The notes below the pieces were generated by a model. It had not been told where the DNA came from and ran no database searches. It saw only the letters and a list, made by a program, of their open reading frames with translations. Positions 24,511 to 33,347 of a DNA stretch of 64,000 nt are shown here, piece by piece; the stretch's first letter is position 1, and the number at the start of each line of letters is the position of its first letter. This DNA comes from an uncultured Alphaproteobacteria bacterium (GTDB lineage Bacteria; Pseudomonadota; Alphaproteobacteria; Rhizobiales; Rhizobiaceae). The stretch covers positions 51,815 to 115,814 of the forward strand of contig CAVQCL010000028.1 of NCBI GenBank assembly GCA_963710935.1. The letters run 5' to 3'. The position numbers were made by a program, and so were the translations under genes.

Positions 24511-25071
24511 GTGGCCAGCGTCATCGAACCGATCCCGGTCACCGTGATGCATTTGGAGATGCGCCGGCCGCCGGTGCATTATCCCCCGTTGCCGCTGAAC
24601 GCCCATGTGGCGGTGCTGAAGGCCAGCCCCATGCCGCGCCATTTCTACCGCTATCTGATGGATCGCGTCGGCCGGCAATGGCACTGGGTCAACGTGCTGA
24701 GGCTCGACGATGCCGCGCTGGACGCGCGGCTTTCCGAGCCCGGCCGCGAAATCAGCACGCTCTATTTTGATGGCGTGCCGGCGGGCTTCTTCGAGATCGC
24801 TCCGCATGGCGCCGATATTGCCGAATTGCACTTTTTCGGCCTGATGCCGCACGCGACGGGGCAGGGGCTGGGGCGCTGGTTTCTCGGCGCTGCAATCCAG
24901 GCTGCCTGGGCGAACAAGCCGAAATCGGTGATCGTGCAGACCTGCACGCTGGATCATCCAGCGGCGCTTCCGTTGTATCAGAAACTCGGCTTCGAGCCGG
25001 TCGGGCAGTCGAAAGAGACGATCAAGCCGATGAGCCTGGACGAGCGGGCGAAGGTGTTGTCGAGGGGGTAG
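24511..25071 (+). CDS. GNAT-family N-acetyltransferase
   Basis: ...ELHFFGLMPHATGQGLGRWFLGAAIQAAWA... shows the acetyl-CoA binding motif A (Q/RxxGxG/A). Confidence 0.6.
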   Translation: MASVIEPIPVTVMHLEMRRPPVHYPPLPLNAHVAVLKASPMPRHFYRYLMDRVGRQWHWVNVLRLDDAALDARLSEPGREISTLYFDGVPAGFFEIAPHGADIAELHFFGLMPHATGQGLGRWFLGAAIQAAWANKPKSVIVQTCTLDHPAALPLYQKLGFEPVGQSKETIKPMSLDERAKVLSRG

Positions 25072-26036
25072 CTAGGCTACCTTTCCCGCCCTCGTCCGCG
25101 ACCCGCCGCTCAGCTTCCAGCGTTTGTGAAACCACATCCATTGCGCGGGGTCTTCGCGGATCCAGCGCTCGACCGTGTCGTTGAGCAGTTGCGCCATCGC
25201 CTGGACATCGACCCTGCCGTCGGGCGTGCGCGGGATGGTCAGCTTTTCTTCCATAAAGAGCCGGAAATCGCGTGCCCGGCAGGCGCTTGCAGCGCGTCGG
25301 ATAGACGTCGCAGCCGAACTGCCGCACCAACTTGGGCAGCAGGGGACTGGTCTCGCAAGGTCGGCCGAAAAATGTGGTCGGCACGCCGTTGGTGAATTTT
25401 TGGTCCACCAACACACCGATATTGCCGCCCGTTTCCAGGATACGAGCGAGCTCGAAAGCCGCACCGGAGCGGGAGGCGAGCAGCCCGCCCATGGATTTGG
25501 TGCGCGTGCTCAAGATGTAGTTGGCGATGTAGCGGTTGTTCGGCGGGCGGAACATCGATGTCACCGGCATGCCGAAGGTGAGCCCCGCCACCGGCAGCAG
25601 CTCGAAATTGCCGAGATGGCCGGTGAAAATGATGTGCGGGCCTTGTTCGGACGCGACGCGCAGGAAATAGGGCTCGCCATCGACCTCGATGCGCTCGCCA
25701 CGCTTGGTTTCCGGGTCGAAGTCAAAGATCTGGTCGAGGAAAAGATATTCGCCGGCAAGACGAGCCATATGGCCCCACATGTCGGAAGCGATCTGTTGGA
25801 TCTCCGCTTCGGATTTTTCCGGGAAAAGCCTGACGCAGATTGTCCAGCGCCACACGATGCCTACCGAATAGCGGCCCGAAGCGGCGGGCGAAACGGTCGG
25901 CGAAGTTCAGCGCCCTTTCCATGGGCAGATGGCGCAGCGTGCGGATGACCACCAGCGCCGACTGGCCGATCAGCCATTCGCTGACGGCGCCAGGCACGCG
26001 GCGTGCGCGGGCGATCGCTTGGCGGAGGAGGGTCAT
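25072..26036 (-). CDS. lpxXL: Lipid A biosynthesis lauroyl/very-long-chain acyltransferase (LpxL/HtrB family; LpxXL by context); one frameshift
   Basis: ...GPHIIFTGHLGNFELLPVAG... (HX4D-type acyltransferase block) ... VLVDQKFTNGVPTTFFGRP.... Last gene of the acpXL cluster, as in Rhizobium. Confidence 0.7.
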
Positions 26037-26042
26037 ATGCGA

Positions 26043-26250
26043 CCACCCCCGCTTGCGGGGAGGGTCGACTCACCCGGCCTGCGCGGATCGCGGTGCGGTC
26101 GACCCTCTCTCCGACGGCGTCGAGGAGTTGCCCAGTCCGGCCCCACCTCGTCTCAGCGACGCAAGCTGCGTCGCGAGCGCTGGCGCGCCGATCCTCTCCC
26201 CGACAGGGGGGAGGGTGGCCGAGCGAAGCGGAGGCCGGGTGAGGGGGCAT
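26043..26250. repeat. Palindromic mosaic repeat element (GGGGAGGGTGG family), copy 2, inverted relative to copy 1
   Basis: Ends CCACCCCCGCTTGCGGGGAGGGTCG and CCTCTCCCCGACAGGGGGGAGGGTGGCCGAGCGAAGCGGAGGCCGGGTGAGGGGG. The internal GGGGAGGGTGGCCG.GCG.AGCGG..GCCGGG motif is shared with 14085-14125. Confidence 0.5.
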
Positions 26251-26270
26251 GTCGTTCGACAAGGGCCGAG

Positions 26271-27300
26271 CTAGCCCACCCTCAAAATAATCTTGCCGAA
26301 CACGTCGCGGCCTTCCATGCGCTTCAGCGCCGTGTCGATGCCGTCGAAATCGACTTCCGTGTCGATGACCGGATGGACAAGCCCGGCGGCCATCTTCTGC
26401 ATGGCGTTGGCCATGTTTTCCATGCGGCAGCCGAAGGAGCCGAGCAGTTTGAGCTGCTGCTGGAAGAGCATCATCAGGTTGATTTCGGTCGACACGCCGG
26501 AGGTGGAGCCGCAGGTGACCAGCCGTCCGCCACGCCGCAAGCTGAACATCGAACCGGCCCAGGTGTCCTTGCCGACATGTTCGAACACGACGTCGACGCC
26601 GCGCTTCTTCGTCAGTTTGCGCACGACGCCCTCAAACCGGTCCTCGCGGTAGTTGATGACGTGGTCGGCGCCGAGCGCCTTGGCCTTCTCGATCTTGTCG
26701 TTCGAGCCGACGGTGGTGATGACCGTGCAGCCGATCTTGCGCGCCAGCTGGATCGCCGCCGAGCCGATGCCGGAACCGCCGGCATGGACCAGGATCGTTT
26801 CGCCGGGCTCGAGCTTGGCGTTGTCGAACAGCATGTGCTCGACCGTGCCGAAGGTGACCGGCGCAACAGCCGCGCCGATGGCGTCGACGCCGGGCGGGGC
26901 GGGGACAAGCAGGCGGGCCGGCAGGTTGATCTGTTCCTGCGCAAAACCGTCGAGGTGGAAGCCGTGCACGCCGCCGACATGTTCGCACAGATTGTCGCGA
27001 CCCTCGCGGCAAGGGCGGCAGAGGCCGCAGGTGCGTGCGCCATAGATCGAGACGAGTTGGCCGGGGTTGAGGCCCGACAACGCCGGAGCCGACTGCCGCG
27101 ACCTCGCCGGACGCTTCCGCGCCGATGACCAGCGGCAGCTTGCGCTTGGCGAAGGCCATGCCGCGCCAGCCCCAGACATCGATATGGTTCAGCGCGACCG
27201 CCTTGATGTTGAGCGTCACCTCGCCATGGCCCGGCGGCGGGGGCGGCGGGAGGTCAACCTGCTCCAGCCGGCGGTCTTCGATGAGCTGCAGCGCGCGCAC
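26271..27300 (-). CDS. Zinc-dependent alcohol dehydrogenase (MDR family; adhA2XL-like by context); frameshift near 27060
   Basis: N-terminus VRALQLIEDRRLEQVDLPPPPPPGHGEVTLNIKAVALNHIDV... and C-terminal Rossmann domain ...ILVHAGGSGIGSAAIQLAR... (GxGxxG) ...GKIILRVG. Confidence 0.75.
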
Positions 27301-28573
27301 TAATTGGCCTCCCGCGCCATCACCAGACAGGTGTTCTGGCCACCGAAACCAAACGAGTTGGACAGCACCGTGGCGACGTCGGCCGTGCGCTTCACGTTCG
27401 GCACAACGTCGAGGTCGATCGCCGGGTCGGGATTGTCGTAGTTGATGGTCGGCGGGATGACGCCATGCTTCATCGTCAGCAGCGAGAAAGCGGCCTCGAT
27501 GGCGCCGGCGGCCGACAGCGTGTGGCCGATCATCGACTTGTTGGACGAGACCGGAATCTTCTTGATCCGCTCGCCGAACACGGTCGACAGCGACAGATGC
27601 TCCATCTTGTCGTTTTCCGGCGTCGAGGTGCCGTGGGCGTTGACGTAGGCGATGCCGGTTTCGTCGAGGCCGGCGTCTTCCAGCGCGGCGCGCACGGCCC
27701 CGATGGCGGGCGAGCCGTCCGGCTTGGAGCGGGTGCGGTGAAAATCGTCGGCCTTCTCGCCGCAGCCTTTCAGAATGCCGATCACGGGCGCGCCGCGCGC
27801 CAGCGCGCTTTCCAGCGATTCCAGCACCAGCGCGGCCGAGCCTTCGGCCAGCACGAAGCCGTCGCGGTCCTTCGAAAATGGCTTTGACGCCTTTTCGGGT
27901 AGCTCGTTGTTGGTCGAGAGCGCGGAGAGCAGCGAAAAGCGGATCAGCGCTTCGGCGGTGGCCGAACCATCGGCGCCGATCGACAGCGCGCGGTCGCATT
28001 CGCCGCGGCGGATCGCCTCGACGCCGAGCTGGATGGCGGTCGCGCCGGACGCGCAGGCGGTGGAGAGCGTGATCGGCAGACCGCGTGTGCCATACTTCTC
28101 TGCCAGCCGGTCGGCGATCGCGCCGAACTGCGCGGACTCGAATATGTCGAGATCCTTGCAGTTCCGAGGCAGCCTGGGCGATGCGCTGCGCGGCGGTATC
28201 GCCCTTGCCGTCGCGGTAGAGCGCCATGCGATCTTTCCAGTCGAGTTCGACCGGTGGCGAGGCGAGGAACAGCGGGCCGCCGAAATCGTCCAGGCTCAGA
28301 CCGGCTTCATCGATGGCTTCAGTGGCCGCGGTATCGGCGAGTTCGAAAGTCAGCGGGCTGGCGCCCTTCGAGCTGCGACGACAAGAAATCGACCATGCCG
28401 CTCATCGTCGTGTTGAGATGGTCGACCGGAAAGCGGGTGATCCTGCGGATGCCGGAGCGGCCGGAGGTCAGCGCGTCCCAATTGTCGGCCTTGCCGACGC
28501 CGAGCGAGGTCACGATGCCGATGCCGGTGACGGCAACGAGCGGCCTGCCAAGATGGTCTGTGGTTGTGGGCAT
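27300..28573 (-). CDS. fabF1XL: Beta-ketoacyl-ACP synthase II (FabF family; fabF1XL-like), catalytically competent; frameshifted in middle
   Basis: MPTTTDHLGRPLVAVTGIGIVTSLGVG N-terminus. C-half has canonical YVNAHGTSTP and KSMIGHTLSAAG His/Lys motifs and ends ...FGFGGQNTCLVMAREAN. Confidence 0.75.
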
Positions 28574-28584
28574 GGTTCTGCCTC

Positions 28585-29772
28585 TCAGTCGGCGCGCGCG
28601 ACCAGCGCAGCACCCTCGAAGACGTGATAGCCGATTGCGGTTGCCAGAACTTTTTCCGGCGCGCCGTCGAAAGCCTTTTCCGCAGCTTCGAAGGCGGGGT
28701 AGGCGGCCTGATGCTCGACAGCGAGTGCGGCAAGAGCCACGGCGAAGGGAAACTGCGCTTCCTTCAGATGGCCGGTGCGCGAGTTGAAAGCGCGGATGGC
28801 GATGTCGGAGCGACCGCTCAGCGCAGCCTTTTCGGCGGCCGTCGCCGCATGCGCGCCGGACGCGCCCGAAACCGCGAGCAACGGACCCTTGGGCATCGAG
28901 ACGCGGTCAAACAGGTCGGCTATGCCGCCAGTCAAATCTTCTTTCGCGCGACGGACGCGATTGGACGCTATCATGTCGATCTTCGCGTAGGCCTTGCGGC
29001 CGCGCTTGTCGGCATGCTCGCGCGATTCCAGCACCAGGAAGCAGCCGCCGGAGCCGGATACGATGCCGCCGCCGTCCGCGCCGTCCCGCTGCCAGACCGG
29101 TTTCCACGGTCCGCGATGCAGGAAACCGCCGAGCTCGTAGCCCAGCAGCATGTCGGAATGTTCGGTCTGGAACGCGCCGCCAACCAGCACATGGTTTGCC
29201 TGGCCGGAGCGGATGCGCGCCGCCGCCGTCTCGATGGCCGCCACGCCGGCGCCATCCTCGCCCATGAAGGTGCGCGATGAGCCGGTGACCTTGTGCACGA
29301 TGGAAATGTTGCCGGCGAGCAGGTTCGAAAGCTGCGCCAGGAAAAGGGTCGGGCGCAGGTCGGTGGTGAGCTTTTCATTGAGCAGCACGTCGCGGTCGTT
29401 GCGGGCGGTCGACGCTTCGAGGATTACGGCGTCCACCGCCTCGTCGCGTTCGCCGCCACCGGCAGCAACCACCATATCCATCGAGGCGCAGAGCGCCTCG
29501 TCGGTTTTCAGGCCGGCGTCGTCCAGCGCGAGACCGGCGCAATAGGTGCCGAGCCGCTGCCAGGTCTCCATCTGGCGCTGGTCGCCGCGCTTCGGGATCT
29601 GCAAATTCCAGTCGATCGCCGGCAGCGGATGGACGGAATAGGGCGCAAAACGCTCCGAATCGACAATCGGCTGAGCGTCTGGATCGTTGAGCGCGCGCCA
29701 ATGCGCGTCCGGGCCTTCGCCCAGACAGGAAACCAGCCCGATGCCGGTGATCAGAACGTCGCGATCGCTCAT
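28585..29772 (-). CDS. fabF2XL: Beta-ketoacyl synthase-like protein lacking the catalytic triad (fabF2XL-like; chain-length-factor-like partner)
   Basis: Intact 395 aa with a thiolase fold (ITGIGLVSCLG... GGAF...). The active-site Cys position reads MGEDGAG (Cys replaced by Asp); His303 region reads VSGASGAH; only the second His (TGHLKEA) is kept. Confidence 0.8.
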   Translation of the reverse strand: MSDRDVLITGIGLVSCLGEGPDAHWRALNDPDAQPIVDSERFAPYSVHPLPAIDWNLQIPKRGDQRQMETWQRLGTYCAGLALDDAGLKTDEALCASMDMVVAAGGGERDEAVDAVILEASTARNDRDVLLNEKLTTDLRPTLFLAQLSNLLAGNISIVHKVTGSSRTFMGEDGAGVAAIETAAARIRSGQANHVLVGGAFQTEHSDMLLGYELGGFLHRGPWKPVWQRDGADGGGIVSGSGGCFLVLESREHADKRGRKAYAKIDMIASNRVRRAKEDLTGGIADLFDRVSMPKGPLLAVSGASGAHAATAAEKAALSGRSDIAIRAFNSRTGHLKEAQFPFAVALAALAVEHQAAYPAFEAAEKAFDGAPEKVLATAIGYHVFEGAALVARAD

Positions 29773-29798
29773 GGGCGGAGCCTGCCGCTGCGTCTAGC

Positions 29799-30083
29799 TT
29801 AGACGGCGTTCTTGGCCGCGACGAGCCCGTCGATCTTGGCGCACAGGTTCTTCATGACGAAGTATTCCTCGGTCGAGGCTTTGCCGTCATTGACGTCCTG
29901 CGTCCACTTCTCCAGCGGCACCTTGATGCCGAACTCCTTGTCGATGGCGAAAACGATATCGAGGAAATCCAGGCTGTCGATGCCGAGATCGTCGATCGTG
30001 TGGGAATCGGGGGTGATCTTGTCGACGTCGATCTCGCTCGTGTCGGCGATGATCTTCGCCACTTTCTCGAATGTCGTAGCCAC
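29799..30083 (-). CDS. acpXL: Acyl carrier protein AcpXL (very-long-chain hydroxy fatty acid carrier for lipid A)
   Basis: 94-aa product [56 protein letters not shown]... with the DSLD phosphopantetheine site and the extended C-terminus typical of AcpXL. Confidence 0.85.
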   Translation of the reverse strand: MATTFEKVAKIIADTSEIDVDKITPDSHTIDDLGIDSLDFLDIVFAIDKEFGIKVPLEKWTQDVNDGKASTEEYFVMKNLCAKIDGLVAAKNAV

Positions 30084-30277
30084 GCTGTCGTCCTTGTCTC
30101 AATGAGTATGAAGCCAGGCGGCTCAAGCCGCCAAAAGTTCGTTGGCAGGCTCTCTAATCGGTTTTGCCGGATTGGAAAAGGGGCGAGGCCGGAACGTTGC
30201 GGCAAGGCTGCTTTGCGCAAATGCTGAAACGGGCCGCCGTGAGGCAGCCCGCTTCGACTGGACGAGCGAATCTGGAG

Positions 30278-30757
30278 CTAGCTCAGTCGGACTTCGGCGA
30301 CCTTGTCCCGATAGTCCGTCTTGGGGTCGCCGAGGCCGAGCAGCAGCTTCACGCCGGCGACGAGGCTGGAAGCATCCTTCCACACTTCAGCCTTCTCAGG
30401 GTCAAAGCGCAGCAACGTAAGCTTCGGGTCGTCCTTGCCTTTTTCGAACCAGGCAGCGACGTAGCGGTTCCAAAGCCGGTCGACCGCAGCCTTGTCGTTG
30501 TCTATCCGAACGGTGCCGTGGATATGCGCAAACAGGTCGTGACCCTTGGAGGCAAAGGAAATCCGCCCCTTTTTGGCTCGATTTAAACCCTTGCCCATTT
30601 CGGTGTCGCTGGAGGTGAAGAACCAGATCGGACCGCTTTCGCCTTCGATTTGCGCCGTCATCGGCCGCGCATCGATGCCATCGGCTTCCAGCATCACGGT
30701 CATATCGGATTTCAGCGACTTCCAGAGTTTTTGTTCAAAATCTTTTTCGTCGACCAT
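30278..30757 (-). CDS. Pyridoxamine 5'-phosphate oxidase-like FMN-binding (general stress protein 26 family) protein
   Basis: ...MTVMLEADGIDARPMTAQIEGESGPIWFFTSSDTEMGKGL...KLTLLRFDPEKAEVWKD matches the PNPOx-like split-barrel family. Not a hotdog/FabZ fold. Confidence 0.7.
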   Translation of the reverse strand: MVDEKDFEQKLWKSLKSDMTVMLEADGIDARPMTAQIEGESGPIWFFTSSDTEMGKGLNRAKKGRISFASKGHDLFAHIHGTVRIDNDKAAVDRLWNRYVAAWFEKGKDDPKLTLLRFDPEKAEVWKDASSLVAGVKLLLGLGDPKTDYRDKVAEVRLS

Positions 30758-30903
30758 TTCGGGTGCTCCTGTTTGAGAACTCCACCGCTAACGGCCTGAA
30801 AAGAAGGCGGTTCCGCTTTTGATTTTGGAACAACCAGCACAATCGTGAGTTGTGGACATCGTGAAAGCCATTCCGGCGATCACGCTTTTTTTCATTCTGT
30901 CAT

Positions 30904-30920
30904 TGCGATGTCATCGCAAA
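30904..30920. promoter_or_regulatory. Perfect palindrome TTGCGATG-T-CATCGCAA upstream of the DUF982 gene
   Basis: Seen directly, in a relatively AT-rich intergenic region ~130 bp upstream of the 31048 start. Confidence 0.25.
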
Positions 30921-31047
30921 TCAGTTTTATAGGAGCAAGGTAGCGATCTGGCTTCGGGCAACACCGATCAGGGCTGGACGTACCCAATTCCCATAGGGCT
31001 GGGGCATTCTGTAACTTAACGACGATTTCGTCGCGAGGGAGAAAGAG

Positions 31048-31347
31048 ATGCACGAAAAGCTGTTCTACGCGCCCGTTTCCATAAAGCTCGGTGAGGGCGT
31101 GGACACTCAGATCGTCTCGCTATCCGATATGGAGCAGTTTTTGGAGACTTGGCCGGAATTCCGTCGCGGCAAGCTCTACAACATGGCCGTGAAGGCGCAT
31201 GAGGCGGCACGCGATGGGTATATCACGATGGACCAGGCGCGCCGCGCGCTGGTGACGTTTGTCGAGGCGACCGGGCTATTGCGCTCGGATCTGGAACAGT
31301 CGGTGACGACAAGTCCGCTGTCGCGGGGCTATAGCAGCTTCGCCTAA
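31048..31347 (+). CDS. DUF982 domain-containing protein
   Basis: MHEKLFYAPVSIKLGEGVDTQIVSLSDMEQFLETWPEFRRGKLYNMAVKAHEAARDGYITMDQARRALVTFVEATGLL matches the DUF982 pattern (W-P-x-x-R ... A-x-x-AC/A ... AR-x-AF), a Rhizobiales-expanded family. Confidence 0.7.
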   Translation: MHEKLFYAPVSIKLGEGVDTQIVSLSDMEQFLETWPEFRRGKLYNMAVKAHEAARDGYITMDQARRALVTFVEATGLLRSDLEQSVTTSPLSRGYSSFA

Positions 31348-31429
31348 GCCTCGAATTTTCAAGCATTTTGAATAAGAACGGGCCGCTCATCGAGCGGCCC
31401 GTTCCAGTTTCGGGCGAATGAAACGCCGT

Positions 31430-32593
31430 TCAGTCACGCAGCTTGACGAGGTCGTTCATCAAGCCGCCGGTGCCGTTGTGGATCGTCAGACGCTCCACCT
31501 TGCCGGCGATGGCTTCGAGAGCTTCAAGCTCCTTCAGCCGCAGCATGACCGGGTTTTCGGCCATCACCTTCGCCGTGTTGAGCAGCGAACGCGTTGCGTT
31601 CGTCTCCTCGCGCCGACGGATGACGTTGGCCTCGGCCTGCTTTTCAGCCGTCACCACCTGGTTCAGGATCTCGCGCATCTCGCCCGGCAGGATCACGTCC
31701 TTGAGCGCGATGTCGAAGATCTCGATACCGATGGCCGCCATGTCGGCGCGCACCTTTTCGGCCGCCTCGGCGTCGACCGTCACCTTCTTTTCAAGGATCT
31801 GGTCGAGCGTCATGGCGCCGAGCGTCTTGCGGAACACGAACTGCAACGCCCGGTAGAGGCTGTCCGAGAAGTCCTTCACCGAGGAGACGGCCACAACCGG
31901 ATCGGCGACGCGGTAATCCGCGGCAAGGTTGATCCGGATCGTGACGCGATCCTTGGTCAGCACTTCCTGGCCGGTGACGTCGAGCGACTGCCGCTTCAGG
32001 TCGACCAGCTTCACGTTCAACGCGTGGCCGGCGTTCCAGAAGCCATGCACGCCCGGCTCCAGCGTCTCGCTGTAGGTGCCGTCGACGAAGAGCAGGCCGA
32101 CATGGCCTTCCGTCACCGCGTAGGAGATGACGAGATTGCCCTTGCCGGTCGCCATCAGACGCCGCACGAAAGCCGGCTCGACACGCAGCTTCTCCGTCAC
32201 GTCGACAACCGTCGACGCCCACGGACCGGCCTCGGTCCAGACGATCAGCTTGCGATCCGGCGCCAGCACGGTGTGCACCTGGCCGTCGCGCTCGATGACC
32301 ATGACCTCCGTCTTGCCGGTCCGGAAGACCGTCAGATGACGCTGAGCCTCATCCGGGAGCTTGTCGAACAACGCCTTCTCGTACACCGACGTGAACACGC
32401 CGTTGCTGATGTCGTGCTTCACCGTTTCCAGGCTGTTGTCGCGGTTCGGCAGGCGGTGTTCGCCCGGGCCGAAGACGCCCAACAGCTTGCCCTTGTAGAG
32501 GGCGATGGCACGCTCGTTTTCCTTCACCAGGACGCGCTTGCGCCCCAAAATCAATTCGAGAATTGTCGTCATGTTCGTTACTCCGTCGGGCAT
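31430..32593 (-). CDS. SPFH/band-7 domain protein (stomatin/flotillin-like, YqiK-type)
   Basis: Intact 387 aa with an N-terminal hydrophobic segment, an SPFH core (...VDLKRQSLDVTGQEVLTKDRVTIRINLAADYRV...), and a C-terminal coiled-coil (VVTAEKQAEANVIRRREETNATRSLLNTAKV). Confidence 0.85.
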   Translation of the reverse strand: MPDGVTNMTTILELILGRKRVLVKENERAIALYKGKLLGVFGPGEHRLPNRDNSLETVKHDISNGVFTSVYEKALFDKLPDEAQRHLTVFRTGKTEVMVIERDGQVHTVLAPDRKLIVWTEAGPWASTVVDVTEKLRVEPAFVRRLMATGKGNLVISYAVTEGHVGLLFVDGTYSETLEPGVHGFWNAGHALNVKLVDLKRQSLDVTGQEVLTKDRVTIRINLAADYRVADPVVAVSSVKDFSDSLYRALQFVFRKTLGAMTLDQILEKKVTVDAEAAEKVRADMAAIGIEIFDIALKDVILPGEMREILNQVVTAEKQAEANVIRRREETNATRSLLNTAKVMAENPVMLRLKELEALEAIAGKVERLTIHNGTGGLMNDLVKLRD

Positions 32594-32968
32594 GGCCCCA
32601 ATTGAGGCGTCAACTCATGCGTCGATCTTCCTTCCGTCGTTTCGTTTAAACCTTCCGTCTCAGGACGTCCCCGAGCCGGCATTCCTTTGTTCCCGATCAA
32701 GAAAGATCGGGGACGGGTGACGTTGTCCCCGGCGGACCCGCGGGAGAGGGCATCGAAGCGGCCCAGCGGGCGCGGAAGGCCGAAGCCAACCTTGCCGGCA
32801 GGGCAGCGTCTTTGCCGTCACCGCGGATGCAAGCCGCAGGCCAACGGCGTCGGACCTTTCGCACCGCCTCCACCCGAAGGTTTTGGCGGGTCGTCCAGTC
32901 CTTCGCATTCCCGTCCCCGACCCGTTTAGATAGACACGACCCTATAGGATCGCCGTTGGCTTGGAAGG

Positions 32969-33043
32969 CCAATGTTGGAGAAGGATTCGAACCTTCGACA
33001 AACAGATTATAAGTCCGTTGCTCTACCCAAATGAGCTATCCAG
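32969..33043 (-). tRNA. tRNA-like gene, anticodon loop CUUAUAA (UAU as read; Ile/Met-type body), 5' acceptor strand not complementary - truncated or pseudo-tRNA
   Basis: Minus-strand D-arm GCTCATTTGGGTAGAGC, anticodon stem ACGGA/TCTGT, T-arm GAAGGTTCGAATCCTTC, 3' acceptor strand TCCAACA. The expected 5' TGTTGGA is replaced by CACTGGA, directly abutting the 3' end of the upstream tRNA. Confidence 0.45.
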
Positions 33044-33120
33044 TGGAGGAGTTTACATGGAATCGAACCATGCGACCTCCGGGCCAAGCCCGGCGCTCTA
33101 ACCACTGAGCTAAAACCCCG
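33044..33120 (-). tRNA. tRNA-like gene, Pro(UGG)-like anticodon (CTTGG) with an apparent 2-nt deficit in the anticodon loop; encodes 3' CCA
   Basis: Minus strand: acceptor GGGGTTT/AAACTCC, D-arm TAGCTCAGTGGTTAGAGC, anticodon stem CCGGG...CCCGG, T-arm CATGGTTCGATTCCATG, ending ...TCCA. Indels prevent a clean cloverleaf. Confidence 0.5.
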
Positions 33121-33347
33121 TCCCGACCTTCCGATGCGGCGCCGTACACAGGCCGGCAATGCCGGCTGCGCGGGCGGAGGGGAATAGCTCCAGCCGTTGT
33201 GCTCGCACCGGCTTGTGACCGGGAGCGCGCGTATAGTCGCGCTTTGCGGCGAACGCAAGCTTCAAAATGCGAAAAAACTTCGATTTATCAGTGTGTTGCG
33301 GGTGGGATACAGGTGCAGGGATTAAGATATAAGGATGGCGTTATGCG

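Noticed and set aside
30278-30757. Could the gene upstream of acpXL be the missing FabZXL dehydratase?
   Set aside because: The sequence matches the PNPOx-like split-barrel/general stress protein 26 family (DGxIWFFT ... LLRFDPEKAEVWKD). It lacks the hotdog-fold His/Asp (HFPGxPxxPG) motif of FabZ/FabA.
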